64,000 nucleotides of DNA from Escherichia coli (GTDB taxonomy: Bacteria > Pseudomonadota > Gammaproteobacteria > Enterobacterales > Enterobacteriaceae), in assembly GCF_001677475.2 (NCBI RefSeq), contig NZ_CP015229.1; one strand, 5' to 3'. Positions 9,823-19,081 of the stretch are shown here, in pieces; within the stretch, counting starts at the first letter, position 1, and each line of letters starts with the position of its first letter. A program made the position numbers and the translations under genes. The notes beneath the pieces were generated by a model. That model was not told where the DNA came from. It did no database searches and was given only the letters and a program-made list of their open reading frames with translations.

Positions 9823-10083
9823 ATGCAATCACCATTACGGAATGTGCGTAAAGCGCACGGATTTACTTTGCAGCATGTTGCTGCTGGCGTTCAGGTCAAT
9901 CCAGCGACGCTGAGTCGTATTGAAAGACTGGAACAAATTCCATCTATCGAGCTTGCAGAACGTCTGGCCAATTTTTTTAAGGGTGAAATCAGCGAAATGC
10001 AGATTCTTTATCCGGCACGTTTTCAATCTAGCCAAAACCAGAATGGGTTTAAACCACAGGAACAGGAGATAAGCCGTGGGTAA
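9823..10083 (+). CDS. Cro-like HTH regulator (YdaS-like)
   Basis: 86-aa HTH ORF divergent from cI; SD GGAGG before ATG. Confidence 0.7.
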   Translation: MQSPLRNVRKAHGFTLQHVAAGVQVNPATLSRIERLEQIPSIELAERLANFFKGEISEMQILYPARFQSSQNQNGFKPQEQEISRG

Positions 10084-10627
10084 GCATCACTGGAAAGTGG
10101 AAAAACAGCCTGAGTGGTACGTGAAAGCTGTCAGAAAAACTATCGCGGCGTTGCCGGGGGGTTACGCTGAAGCTGCTGAGTGGCTGGATGTAACAGAGAA
10201 CGCTTTATTCAACCGCCTTCGTGCAGATGGCGATCAGATTTTCCCGCTGGGATGGGCAATGATTTTACAGCGCGCTGCTGGCACTCACTACATTGCGGAT
10301 GCTGTCGCACAGTCTGCTGGTGGGGTGTTTGTATCGCTTCCTGAAATTGAGGAAGTAGAGAACGCCGATATAAACCAGCGCCTGCTGGAAGTCATCGAAC
10401 AAATCGGGAGTTACTCAAAGCAGATTCGTTCGGCAATCGAAGATGGGGTAGTGGAGCCACACGAGCAGACAGCAATTAATGATGAGTTGTATCTGTCGAT
10501 TTCGAAGCTCCAGGAGCATGCGGCACTGGTCTACAAAATTTTCTGCGCTCCAGAAAAGAGTGACGCCCGCGAGTGTGCAGCTCCGGGCGTCGTGGCGTTT
10601 TGTGTCTGTGGAGAAACTAACGCATGA
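10076..10627 (+). CDS. YdaT-like protein (CII-position regulator of Rac-type immunity regions)
   Basis: 183-aa ORF overlapping the cro-like gene; GTG start with SD AGGAG; position and size match racR-ydaS-ydaT arrangement. Confidence 0.55.
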   Translation: MGKHHWKVEKQPEWYVKAVRKTIAALPGGYAEAAEWLDVTENALFNRLRADGDQIFPLGWAMILQRAAGTHYIADAVAQSAGGVFVSLPEIEEVENADINQRLLEVIEQIGSYSKQIRSAIEDGVVEPHEQTAINDELYLSISKLQEHAALVYKIFCAPEKSDARECAAPGVVAFCVCGETNA

Positions 10628-10772
10628 ACAGTTTAACGGCAAATAACCGTTTGTCGCAACAGCTGGTGGTCAGCGTCTCTGAACACCTGTTGTTACGGCA
10701 TGAATGCAGATTACCAAATCACCAGGCTGTAAGTAACCACAGAGAACTTTACCTGACTGTGGGGGGCGAGTT

Positions 10773-10952
10773 GTGCAGGAACTTAACCGCTGGTTTCGTG
10801 ACGGAAGAGGGCTTTATGTTCATGTTATTCGTTGGGAACCAGAAACACAGCGCGTTATCTATCTTCGCAAAGACTACCCGCATGAGTGCTTTAGTCCTTT
10901 GTGGAAATTCAGGCGTGATTTTGTTGAGTGTGACGGACCACCAACACATTGA
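10773..10952 (+). CDS. Hypothetical 59-aa protein (GTG start), upstream of a terminator
   Basis: GTG preceded by GGGGGG; ORF MQELNRWFRDGRGLYVHVIRWEPETQRV...; below the track length cutoff; hand-translated. Confidence 0.3.
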   Translation: MQELNRWFRDGRGLYVHVIRWEPETQRVIYLRKDYPHECFSPLWKFRRDFVECDGPPTH

Positions 10953-11037
10953 TTCTGCCATTCCGGGACGTTACACTGTTCAGGCACCTTATAAAACGGG
11001 TGCCGGGCGTGGAAACCCGGAATTCACCAAAGCGCAC

Positions 11038-11060
11038 AACCGCGCTCTTGCGGTTTTTTT
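11038..11060 (+). terminator. Rho-independent terminator (tR1-like) containing a boxA-like CGCTCTT
   Basis: AACCGC-GCTCTT-GCGGTT stem followed by TTTTTTTG. Confidence 0.5.
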
Positions 11061-11229
11061 GTGTCATGAGCAGCATTACGCCCAAATTATGGTGGGGCGT
11101 GCAGGGCCAACTTCGGTTGGGCCGGGTTCTTTGGTGACCGGTATTTCCACCCCTGTACGTCTCACCACCAATAAGGTCGTGGAAAGCCTTGGTGGTGAGT
11201 TATTAAAAATCACCAAAGAGGCTGCCATC

Positions 11230-11775
11230 ATGGCTACGATCCCAACCCTCACTCAACCTGAAATTGCCATCGTTGATGGTCAGGTTGTTACTTCATCCCT
11301 GGCTGTTGCCAACTTCTTCTCCAAACGTCATGACGATGTACTGAAAAAGATCCGCACGCTTGAATGCTCAGCATCATTCACTGCCCGCAATTTTTCGGTG
11401 AGTGATTACACTGATTGCACAGGTCGCAAACTTCATTGCTACCAAATCACACGCGACGGTTTTGCGTTTCTTGCTATGGGTTTCACGGGTAAACGTGCTG
11501 CCCAGTTCAAAGAGGCATATATCAATGCCTTTAACCAGATGGAGAAACAGCTTTCAAAGCCCGCTGTACCGAGCGACGTTGCACATAACGCCAGCGTTCT
11601 CTGTTCCTACATTTCATCAATTCATCAGGTCTGGCTGCAGCAGCTTTATCCTATGTTGGCAAAAGCCGAATCTCCGCTGGCTGTTAGCTTATATGATTAT
11701 ATTAATGATGCTTCGGCGCTGGCCTGCCTCATAAATTTGTCGCTGAACCCTTCAGAGGTAAGGGGGCGCAAATGA
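11230..11775 (+). CDS. Rha-family phage regulatory protein / antirepressor-like
   Basis: C-terminal part of track ORF 10624..11775; start set at MATIPTLTQPEIAIVDGQVV with SD AAAGAGG; Rha-like N-terminus. Confidence 0.6.
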   Translation: MATIPTLTQPEIAIVDGQVVTSSLAVANFFSKRHDDVLKKIRTLECSASFTARNFSVSDYTDCTGRKLHCYQITRDGFAFLAMGFTGKRAAQFKEAYINAFNQMEKQLSKPAVPSDVAHNASVLCSYISSIHQVWLQQLYPMLAKAESPLAVSLYDYINDASALACLINLSLNPSEVRGRK

Positions 11776-11996
11776 TCCGGAATATTTTCAAACGTTTTAC
11801 CAATCAGACTTTCCGTTGTCCTCGTCCGGGTCAGTGGTACACCACGCCTGCAGGGCATGTTCTACGTGTTAGCCTGGTTGACCGTGAATGTCAGAAGGTG
11901 GTTTGTGAACCGCTGGGCCGTAATTACCGCGTCAGTATGCCGCTTATAGCCTTTTGCTCCGGAAAAAACATGAAGCATCTCGGAGGTGCAGCATGA
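11772..11996 (+). CDS. Hypothetical small phage protein (74 aa)
   Basis: ATGA overlaps with both neighbours, suggesting translational coupling. Confidence 0.4.
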   Translation: MIRNIFKRFTNQTFRCPRPGQWYTTPAGHVLRVSLVDRECQKVVCEPLGRNYRVSMPLIAFCSGKNMKHLGGAA

Positions 11997-12811
11997 GTAT
12001 GGAGCTGATGGTTAAAGCGATGAAAATTCGAGTGGGTAATCCATTGCGAAAACTGGTTCTGATCAAGCTGGCTGATAATGCCAGCGATCAGGGTGAGTGC
12101 TGGCCCAGCTACCAGCATATTGCTGACCAGTGCGAGATTAGCAAACGTTCTGTGATGAATCATATTGCGGCCCTTTGTGATTCCGGGCTGGTAAAAAAAG
12201 TCACCCGGAAAGGTGAAAAAGGTAACTCAAGTAATATCTATCTCCTTCATCTTGATGGTGCAGGAGATTCACTAGGGGGTAGTGCAAATAATTCACTATC
12301 TGGTGCAGCAAATTCACCAGGTAGTGCAGGAGTTGCACCAGGGGGTGGTGCAGGAGATTCACCCAGAACCAGTCACTCTTTTGAACCAGTCAAAGAACCA
12401 GTCAATGAACCAATAGCTGTTGGTGCATCTGCTGATGAGTCTGTGCGAGTTCGTTCAAACCGACCGGAATACTCTCCGGAGTTTGAGCAGGCATGGCTGG
12501 CATACCCCAAACGTGCTGGTGGCAATTCAAAATCTGCAGCCTTCAAAGCCTGGAAAGCCCGTTTGAATGAGGGGGTAAAACCCGAAACCATGCTGGAAGG
12601 TGTGAAACGCTACGCGGGCTGGGTATCTGCGATGGGTAACAGCGGCACACAATTTGTGAAACAGGCTGTCACGTTCTTTGGTCCGGATCGTCATTTCGAA
12701 GAATCCTGGGAAGTTCCTGCGGTATCTGCAGCCAGACGCGAGGACCCGTACTTCAAAGCCAGTTACGACAACGTGGACTACAGCCAGATCCCGGCAGGAT
12801 TCAGGGGGTAA
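11993..12811 (+). CDS. Replication initiator, O-like (N-terminal HTH)
   Basis: Start at MSMELMVKAMK with SD GGAGGTG; N-terminal winged-helix; internal iteron-like DNA repeats. Confidence 0.6.
   Translation: MSMELMVKAMKIRVGNPLRKLVLIKLADNASDQGECWPSYQHIADQCEISKRSVMNHIAALCDSGLVKKVTRKGEKGNSSNIYLLHLDGAGDSLGGSANNSLSGAANSPGSAGVAPGGGAGDSPRTSHSFEPVKEPVNEPIAVGASADESVRVRSNRPEYSPEFEQAWLAYPKRAGGNSKSAAFKAWKARLNEGVKPETMLEGVKRYAGWVSAMGNSGTQFVKQAVTFFGPDRHFEESWEVPAVSAARREDPYFKASYDNVDYSQIPAGFRG
12250..12420. repeat. Iteron-like direct repeats inside the O-like gene (putative ori)
   Basis: About five imperfect ~18-21 bp repeats (GGTGCAGGAGATTCAC-like) followed by three GAACCAGTCA repeats, analogous to lambda ori within O. 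Confidence 0.45.
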
Positions 12812-12813
12812 TC

Positions 12814-13302
12814 ATGAGTCTTTTGAATGAAGTTCAGAAATTCATTGAAGCCCATCCGGGGTGTACTTCCGGAGACATTGCAGATGCTTTTGCAGGTTAC
12901 TCACGGCAGCGCGTTCTGCAGTCAGCAAGCAAGTTACGTCAGAGTGGGCGTGTGGCTCACCGTTGTGAAGGAGATACACGCAGACATTTCCCGCGCCTGA
13001 CTGAGAGAGCGCAGGAGCCGGAACCACAACCAGTTCGTGAAACCAGACCTGTGCGCAATTTCTATGTCGGCACTAACGATCCCCGGGTAATTTTGTGCCT
13101 GACCCGCCAGGCTGAAGAACTGGAGTCCAGGGGCTTATACCGTCGTGCTGCAACCGTGTGGATGGCGGCATTCCGTGAAAGCCACTCCCAGTCAGAACGA
13201 AACAATTTTCTGGCGCGCCGTGAGCGGTGCTTACGGAAAAGCAGCAAGCGCGCTGTATCGGGTGATGAGTGGTATCTGTCAGGGAATTACGTGGGGGCTT
13301 AA
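12814..13302 (+). CDS. PerC-family (Pch-like) transcriptional activator candidate
   Basis: 162-aa ORF with C-terminal LESRGLYRRAATVWMAAF resembling the PerC signature; recalled, not searched. Confidence 0.4.
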   Translation: MSLLNEVQKFIEAHPGCTSGDIADAFAGYSRQRVLQSASKLRQSGRVAHRCEGDTRRHFPRLTERAQEPEPQPVRETRPVRNFYVGTNDPRVILCLTRQAEELESRGLYRRAATVWMAAFRESHSQSERNNFLARRERCLRKSSKRAVSGDEWYLSGNYVGA

Positions 13303-13955
13303 TGAGTAATAAATATTGCCAGGCGCTGGTGGAACTGCGGAACAAACCAGCCCATGAACTGAAGGAAGTGGGCGATCAGTGGCGCACGCCGGACAACATT
13401 TTCTGGGGAATTAACACCCTGTTTGGCCCGTTTGTTCTGGATCTGTTCACCGACGGTGATAACGCCAAATGTGCCGCGTATTACACGGCGGAAGACAATG
13501 CGCTGGCGCATGACTGGTCAGAACGTCTTGCGGAGCTTAAAGGTGCTGCCTTTGGTAATCCCCCATACAGCCGCGCCAGTCAGCATGAGGGGCAATACAT
13601 CACCGGCATGCGTTACATCATGAAGCATGCCAGTGCCATGCGTGATAAGGGCGGACGCTATGTTTTCCTGATCAAAGCTGCCACCAGCGAAGTGTGGTGG
13701 CCGGAAGATGCAGATCATATTGCTTTTATTCGCGGGCGTATTGGTTTTGAAGTGCCTGCCTGGTTTATCCCGAAAGACGAGAAGCAGGTGCCGACAGGCG
13801 CTTTCTTCGCTGGTGCTATTGCTGTTTTCGATAAGACCTGGAAGGGACCGGCAATCAGCTACATCGGGCGCGATGAACTTGAGGCATGTGGTGAGGCGTT
13901 TCTGGCGCAGGTTCGCCAGCAGGCAGAACGGCTGGTCAGGGAGATAGTGGCATGA
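13302..13955 (+). CDS. Phage N6-adenine DNA methyltransferase (Dam-like, orphan)
   Basis: FGNPPYS (NPPY) catalytic motif; ATG at 13302 with SD; no adjacent restriction gene. Confidence 0.75.
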   Translation: MSNKYCQALVELRNKPAHELKEVGDQWRTPDNIFWGINTLFGPFVLDLFTDGDNAKCAAYYTAEDNALAHDWSERLAELKGAAFGNPPYSRASQHEGQYITGMRYIMKHASAMRDKGGRYVFLIKAATSEVWWPEDADHIAFIRGRIGFEVPAWFIPKDEKQVPTGAFFAGAIAVFDKTWKGPAISYIGRDELEACGEAFLAQVRQQAERLVREIVA

Positions 13956-14341
13956 AGCTGATCCTGCCTTTTCCGCCCAGCGTGAACACGTACTGGCGAC
14001 ACCCCAACAAAGGGGCGTTTGCAGGTAAGAGCCTGATAAGCGCGGCGGGGCGCAAATTCCAGAGCGCGGCGTGTGCAGCAATAGTTGAGCAGTTACGTCG
14101 TCTGCCGAAACCAACGTCGGCACCTGCTTCAGTGGAGATCGTGTTGTTTCCTCCGGATAACCGGATCCGCGATCTGGACAACTATAACAAGGCGCTGTTT
14201 GACGCCCTGACCCACGCGGGTGTGTGGGAAGACGACAGTCAGGTGAAAAGAATGCTGGTGGAGTGGGGACCGGTTATCCCGGAAGGGAAGGTCGAGATCA
14301 CTATCAGTAAGTACGAGAAAACGGCGGGTGCAGCCGCCTGA
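13952..14341 (+). CDS. rusA: RusA Holliday-junction resolvase
   Basis: 129-aa ORF MKLILPFPPSVNTYW... with conserved Asp residues typical of RusA. Confidence 0.85.
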   Translation: MKLILPFPPSVNTYWRHPNKGAFAGKSLISAAGRKFQSAACAAIVEQLRRLPKPTSAPASVEIVLFPPDNRIRDLDNYNKALFDALTHAGVWEDDSQVKRMLVEWGPVIPEGKVEITISKYEKTAGAAA

Positions 14342-14360
14342 TCAAGAGGAGAAACGAAGT

Positions 14361-15203
14361 ATGAATAATCTGATGGTCATTGATGGTATTGAAGTTCGTC
14401 GTGATGCTTATGGGCGTTACAGCCTGAACGATCTGCATCGGGCTGCTGTTGCATCTGGTGCAAATGCCAGAACTAAGGAGCCGGGAAAGTTTCTTTCCAG
14501 CCAACAGATTACTGAGCTGGTTCAGGAATTGATCGATACCCAAAATTTGGGTGTCGGTTCATTCAATGAAACTACCCAAAATTTGGGTAGTAAACCAGTA
14601 AGTAAAATAGAAGGGCGGAATGGAGGAACGTATGTCTGCAAGGAACTGGTGTATGCCTATGCAATGTGGATCAGCCCGTCATTCCATCTGAAGGTGATCC
14701 GTACTTTCGATATGGTAACCAGCACACCGGAAAAATTATCCGGGCAGGCTGCTGACAAGATGCAGGCTGGCGTGATCCTGCTGGACTTTATGCGCCGGGA
14801 ATTAAACCTGTCTAACTCATCAGTGCTTGGAGCCTGTCAGAAGCTTCAGGAGGCTGTTGGCTTACCGAATCTGGCACCGCGCTATGCCATTGATGCTCCT
14901 GCTGACGCGCCTGATGGCTCAAGTCGCCCCACGCTGTCGCTGAGTGCACTGCTGAAACAGTATGGTATCCGCCTGACGGCTAATCAGGCATATCACCAGA
15001 TGGTGAAGCTGGGGATCGTTGAACAACGCGAACGATACAGCCGTACCGCGATTAACAACATCAAAAAATTCTGGTCGCTGACGGCGAAAGGCTGCATGTT
15101 CGGCAAGAACATCACCAGTCCTGCAAATCCGCGCGAGACGCAGCCGCATTTCTTCGAATCCCGATTCCCTGAGCTGTTAAAGCTGCTCGATACCGTTCAT
15201 TGA
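14361..15203 (+). CDS. KilA-N domain protein (antirepressor-like)
   Basis: N-terminus MNNLMVIDGIEVRRDAYGRYSLNDLHRA is a KilA-N signature; start trimmed to ATG with SD AGAGGAG. Confidence 0.65.
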   Translation: MNNLMVIDGIEVRRDAYGRYSLNDLHRAAVASGANARTKEPGKFLSSQQITELVQELIDTQNLGVGSFNETTQNLGSKPVSKIEGRNGGTYVCKELVYAYAMWISPSFHLKVIRTFDMVTSTPEKLSGQAADKMQAGVILLDFMRRELNLSNSSVLGACQKLQEAVGLPNLAPRYAIDAPADAPDGSSRPTLSLSALLKQYGIRLTANQAYHQMVKLGIVEQRERYSRTAINNIKKFWSLTAKGCMFGKNITSPANPRETQPHFFESRFPELLKLLDTVH

Positions 15204-15204
15204 G

Positions 15205-16200
15205 GTGACCGTGAGAGCACTACTGACCCCTGAAATTGCCCCGCGTATGGGGATCGTATTGTTCAGGCCAGGTTCAGAGCTGATGCCCCTGTTTATGCAG
15301 GGGCGTGTCCTGCTGGAGCCTGAGCCGGAACGTTATTCATCTTTCGCCAGTGGTGCCGTTCCGGCGGCATCACAACCGCTGGCGGATGATCCTGCCGTTC
15401 GGGCCGTGTTCCGCAATGAGGCAGTGATCCGTCGTGCTGGTGGCGTGGAATGTCTTGAAAGCTGGTTACTTCGTGAAAAGGGCTGTCAGTGGCCTCATTC
15501 CGACTGGCACAGCGAGAACATGACCACAATGCGACACGCGCCGGGCGCAATCCGTCTGTGTTGGCACTGCGATAACCAGTTGCGTGATCAGTTCACGGAA
15601 CGGCTGGAATCAATGGCAACGGATAACTGTGCCCGCTGGGTGTTATCTGTCGTGCGTCGGGATCTCGGTTTTGATGACAGTCACGTAGTGACAATGCCGG
15701 AACTGTGCTGGTGGCTGGTTCGTAATGACCTGGCGGATGCCTTACCGGAAAGTGCAGCCCGTAAGGCACTGAGATTACCGAAGCCTGTTGTGCCGTCTGT
15801 CACCCGGGAAAGTGACCTTGTGCCTTCGGTTCCTGCCACCAGCATCATCCAGGATAAAGCGAAAAAGGTGCTGGCGCTGAAAGTGGATCCGGAGTCGCCG
15901 GAGTCTTTTATGTTACGCCCAAAACGTCGCCGCTGGGTTAATGAAAAGTACACGCGCTGGGTTAAGACACAGCCGTGTGCATGTTGTGGAAAGCCCGCTG
16001 ATGATCCCCACCACCTGATAGGCCACGGTCAGGGTGGAATGGGTACAAAAGCGCATGACCTTTTTGTGTTGCCTTTGTGCAGAAAGCATCACGACGAGCT
16101 GCATGCGAATACCGTGGCATTTGAAGAGAATTATGGCTCCCAGCTGGAGCTGATATTTCGTTTTATCGATCGTGCGCTGGCAATAGGCGTACTGGCGTAA
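15205..16200 (+). CDS. DUF968-type prophage protein (YdfU-like), Cys/His-rich C-terminus
   Basis: 331-aa ORF upstream of Q as in Qin; C-terminal CACCGKPADDPHHLIGHG...CRKHHDELH. Confidence 0.55.
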   Translation: MTVRALLTPEIAPRMGIVLFRPGSELMPLFMQGRVLLEPEPERYSSFASGAVPAASQPLADDPAVRAVFRNEAVIRRAGGVECLESWLLREKGCQWPHSDWHSENMTTMRHAPGAIRLCWHCDNQLRDQFTERLESMATDNCARWVLSVVRRDLGFDDSHVVTMPELCWWLVRNDLADALPESAARKALRLPKPVVPSVTRESDLVPSVPATSIIQDKAKKVLALKVDPESPESFMLRPKRRRWVNEKYTRWVKTQPCACCGKPADDPHHLIGHGQGGMGTKAHDLFVLPLCRKHHDELHANTVAFEENYGSQLELIFRFIDRALAIGVLA

Positions 16201-16213
16201 GTGGAGAACGAGC

Positions 16214-16966
16214 ATGAACCTTGAAGCTTTACCAAAATATTACTCCCCAAAATCGCCAAAATTGAGTGATGACGCACCGGCGACAGGCTCGGGTGGTTTA
16301 ACAATAACAGATGTGATGGCTGCGCAGGGGATGGTGCAGTCGAAAGCTCCGCTTGGTTTTGCCTTATTCCTGGCAAAAGTTGGTGTTCAGGATCCTCAGT
16401 TTGCGATTGAAGGTCTGCTCAATTACGCGATGGCAATGGATAATCCGACATTGAACAAATTGAGTGAAGAAATCCGGTTACAGATCATCCCTTACCTTGT
16501 GAATTTTGCCTTTGCTGATTATTCCAGGTCTGCGGCAAGTAAGGCTCGCTGTGAGTATTGTGCTGGTACTGGATTTCATAATGTATTGCGCGAAGTGGTG
16601 AAACACTCCAGAAGCGGGGAATCTGTTATCAAGGAAGAGTGGGTGAAGGAACTATGTCAGCATTGCCATGGTAAGGGAGAAGTCAGCACAGCGTGCAGAG
16701 GGTGTAAGGGGAAAGGTATTGTCCTGGATGAAAAAAGAACCCGGCTTCATAGCACGCCTGTTTATAAGGTTTGTGGGCGTTGCAATGGAAACCGGTTTAG
16801 TCGTTTACCAACGACACTGGCGCGGTGTCATGTCCAGAAGCTGGTACCAGACCTGACGGATTATCAGTGGTACAAAGGATATGCAGATGTCATTGATAAA
16901 CTGGTTACAAAGTGCTGGCAGGAAGAAGCATATGCTGAGGTGCAATTAAGAAAAGTGACGAGATAA
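16214..16966 (+). CDS. Late-gene antiterminator Q (zinc-binding)
   Basis: 250-aa ORF with multiple CxxC motifs (CEYCAGTG, CQHCHGKG, CRGCKGKG, CGRCNGN); upstream of the lysis cassette. Confidence 0.75.
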   Translation: MNLEALPKYYSPKSPKLSDDAPATGSGGLTITDVMAAQGMVQSKAPLGFALFLAKVGVQDPQFAIEGLLNYAMAMDNPTLNKLSEEIRLQIIPYLVNFAFADYSRSAASKARCEYCAGTGFHNVLREVVKHSRSGESVIKEEWVKELCQHCHGKGEVSTACRGCKGKGIVLDEKRTRLHSTPVYKVCGRCNGNRFSRLPTTLARCHVQKLVPDLTDYQWYKGYADVIDKLVTKCWQEEAYAEVQLRKVTR

Positions 16967-17727
16967 ATGATTTTCACCGAACGATGGCGACATAACGATT
17001 GTATTTTCTAAGGAAACGTGCAAAGAGTTTTCCAATGATGAGCCTTATATGCATACCGGTGGAAAATATCAATAAGCCGCGCAGAGTGGTTTTTTTGTGG
17101 ACATAAACTTTGTGCAGAACGGTAACCATTATGGTTGCCGTGAATGCAGTTTTTTTACATTGCTGGCTTTTTTAGATTTGTGTTAGTTATTGATATTAAC
17201 AAGAAGGGGAAAAGACATGCTAAAACGGCAGGATATGAAGGAAACGGTTATGCGTGAATGTTCCAGTGTGATTAACCATATCATCTGGAGAAGCCATCCT
17301 GATGCAGGGAAGAGGTAACAGTAACGCGCATCAATCAGGCTGCAAATAAATGGCTTACGCCGGAAATCTGGCTATCGATGTATTACCGGTTTGTTACCCA
17401 TGAAGAAAATTAAGGTGATAACGAAACTGATTTTATAGGTGTCTTGTCAGAGTGTTGCGATGAAACTTGTGTTGGCAGTGCAGGGAAAACAGTAGGATGA
17501 AAATTATAAATTGCTTTAAATTAGCTTGATTTTCCTCATGTTATGAGATATTTGTCTTATATTGCTGGTTAATTATGAAAATTTTTGTAAATCTACAGCA
17601 ATAAAATCCATATTAATTAAAGCACTAGATGCGTTTCTGATTTGTGCATGAAACATACATATCATAATGATTAATTGCATCTATAATTACAGATACAGCA
17701 TTGTGCTGTTAAAAAACTGGAGTCCCC

Positions 17728-17835
17728 ATGAATACATTATATGTAAGTGATTCAAATGAAAAATCTCATGACAGGAATAAAAACAATGAGGATAGTAAGG
17801 GTAAGGATAATAAAAAAGACAACCGGAAAGAGTAA
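17728..17835 (+). CDS. Hypothetical 35-aa highly charged small protein
   Basis: ATG with upstream CTGGAG; MNTLYVSDSNEKSHDRNKNNEDSKGKDNKKDNRKE; hand-translated, below track cutoff. Confidence 0.25.
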   Translation: MNTLYVSDSNEKSHDRNKNNEDSKGKDNKKDNRKE

Positions 17836-17870
17836 ATAATCTTTCCTGCATAAAAATACTAGGGTGGAAT

Positions 17871-17990
17871 ATGTCAGAACATCCAGATTTTGATGACCGT
17901 AAGCCTGATGATGAGCCCGTTGAGCGTCCTGATGAGGGGCAACCATTGAACCCTTTTTCACCGGATGATAAAAGAGATCCTATTATTTAG
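17871..17990 (+). CDS. Hypothetical 39-aa acidic small protein
   Basis: ATG preceded by GGGTGG; MSEHPDFDDRKPDDEPVERPDEGQPLNPFSPDDKRDPII; followed by a terminator. Confidence 0.25.
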   Translation: MSEHPDFDDRKPDDEPVERPDEGQPLNPFSPDDKRDPII

Positions 17991-18044
17991 ATATAGCAGA
18001 ATATAGCCGTTTAAAGTAGGTTGTGTTTTGTTGCTATCCTTAAA

Positions 18045-18071
18045 CCACCTCCACAGGAGGTGGTTTTTTAC
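18045..18071 (+). terminator. Rho-independent terminator
   Basis: CCACCTCC-ACAG-GGAGGTGG followed by TTTTTTA. Confidence 0.7.
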
Positions 18072-18126
18072 TAATGGAACATTAATTGGCAGATGTGATT
18101 GTGTACAACTTATGGGAGGCTTAAGA

Positions 18127-18312
18127 TTATTTTCTGCCAATAATAAAACCAAGCGTTAACCCTATGCTTAGAGCAACCACCACGCTAGTCAGTGGATAAT
18201 TTCTAAATTTATCTTTAACGTTTTCTTTGCCTCCCTGCAAAGCATCGTCAGCACATGATGCATATTTTTTGACAGTATTAACTATTTCGTTTTCAGATTG
18301 ATTTGAAGTCAT
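18127..18312 (-). CDS. Small C-terminally membrane-anchored protein, DUF883 (ElaB/YqjD)-like
   Basis: C-terminus DKFRNYPLTSVVVALSIGLTLGFIIGRK resembles ElaB-family anchors; start taken at internal ATG. Confidence 0.35.
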   Translation of the reverse strand: MTSNQSENEIVNTVKKYASCADDALQGGKENVKDKFRNYPLTSVVVALSIGLTLGFIIGRK

Positions 18313-18765
18313 GTTTGAAGTCCTGATGTTAAGTGGCTTTTTAATTATAGCAGATATGCTTTCAATGATAGGGCGGAGAGTTGTTATTGAGGTGATACTA
18401 TGACCACTCAATCAACATTACATAAAATGACGTTTACTCCTGTTTGGCACAGTAGCAGAATTTTGCTTCTGCTACTGAAGTCGCTTTAGCACTAGAATAT
18501 GCAGATGGATAAAGCAGTTCAGCGTATGTACTGCGTCATGCATATCGGTCTTGCAGATATGACGAGAAGGGGAGACAAGGTGTGTGTAATGTAGAAGTCT
18601 TTAAAGTGCTGTCTGGGATAACTCTATACTGAAGTGCAATTGATAAAAGTAACACGATAAAGGTTTTTCAATGAAGATGGTAACGTGATGCTTGCATTTT
18701 TCAAAAAATATGGATAAAATTTTTTCAACGATGGGCTTTGTATACCCGACGTTAAGAAAAAGTAG

Positions 18766-18792
18766 AAAACCCGCTGATGAGCGGGTTTTGTG
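18766..18792. terminator. Bidirectional rho-independent terminator
   Basis: AAACCCGC-TGATGA-GCGGGTTTTG with T/A runs on both sides. Confidence 0.55.
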
Positions 18793-19081
18793 CTTTAAAT
18801 GGGGCAATGGTAATGTTGAATCTCATCCCGGGACTCATGTCTGTTAACTTATTATTTAGCTGGTGACTTGGTTATTTGCCTGATGTTTAAAATGTTTTCT
18901 TCCAGTACAATGTCCCTAAACACAATGAGTCTGCTTATTATATTATTAGCAGAGCTATTACGGCCAAAGTACAGCATAAGCTTTTAAAGCCAGTCAACCA
19001 GTCATCAAGACAGACGGGGTTATTCATAAAAACTCTCCATGTGTGATCCGATGGGGCCTGAAATTAAAGCTTTAATATAGC

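Noticed and set aside
10624-11229. Treating track ORF 10624..11775 as one 383-aa protein
   Set aside because: The N-terminal 200 codons lack an SD, contain a terminator and hairpins, and the Rha-like domain begins at an internal ATG with a good SD.
16967-19080. Looked for Shiga toxin genes or tRNA genes downstream of Q
   Set aside because: No long ORF and no tRNA-like cloverleaf found by eye; only small ORFs and terminators.
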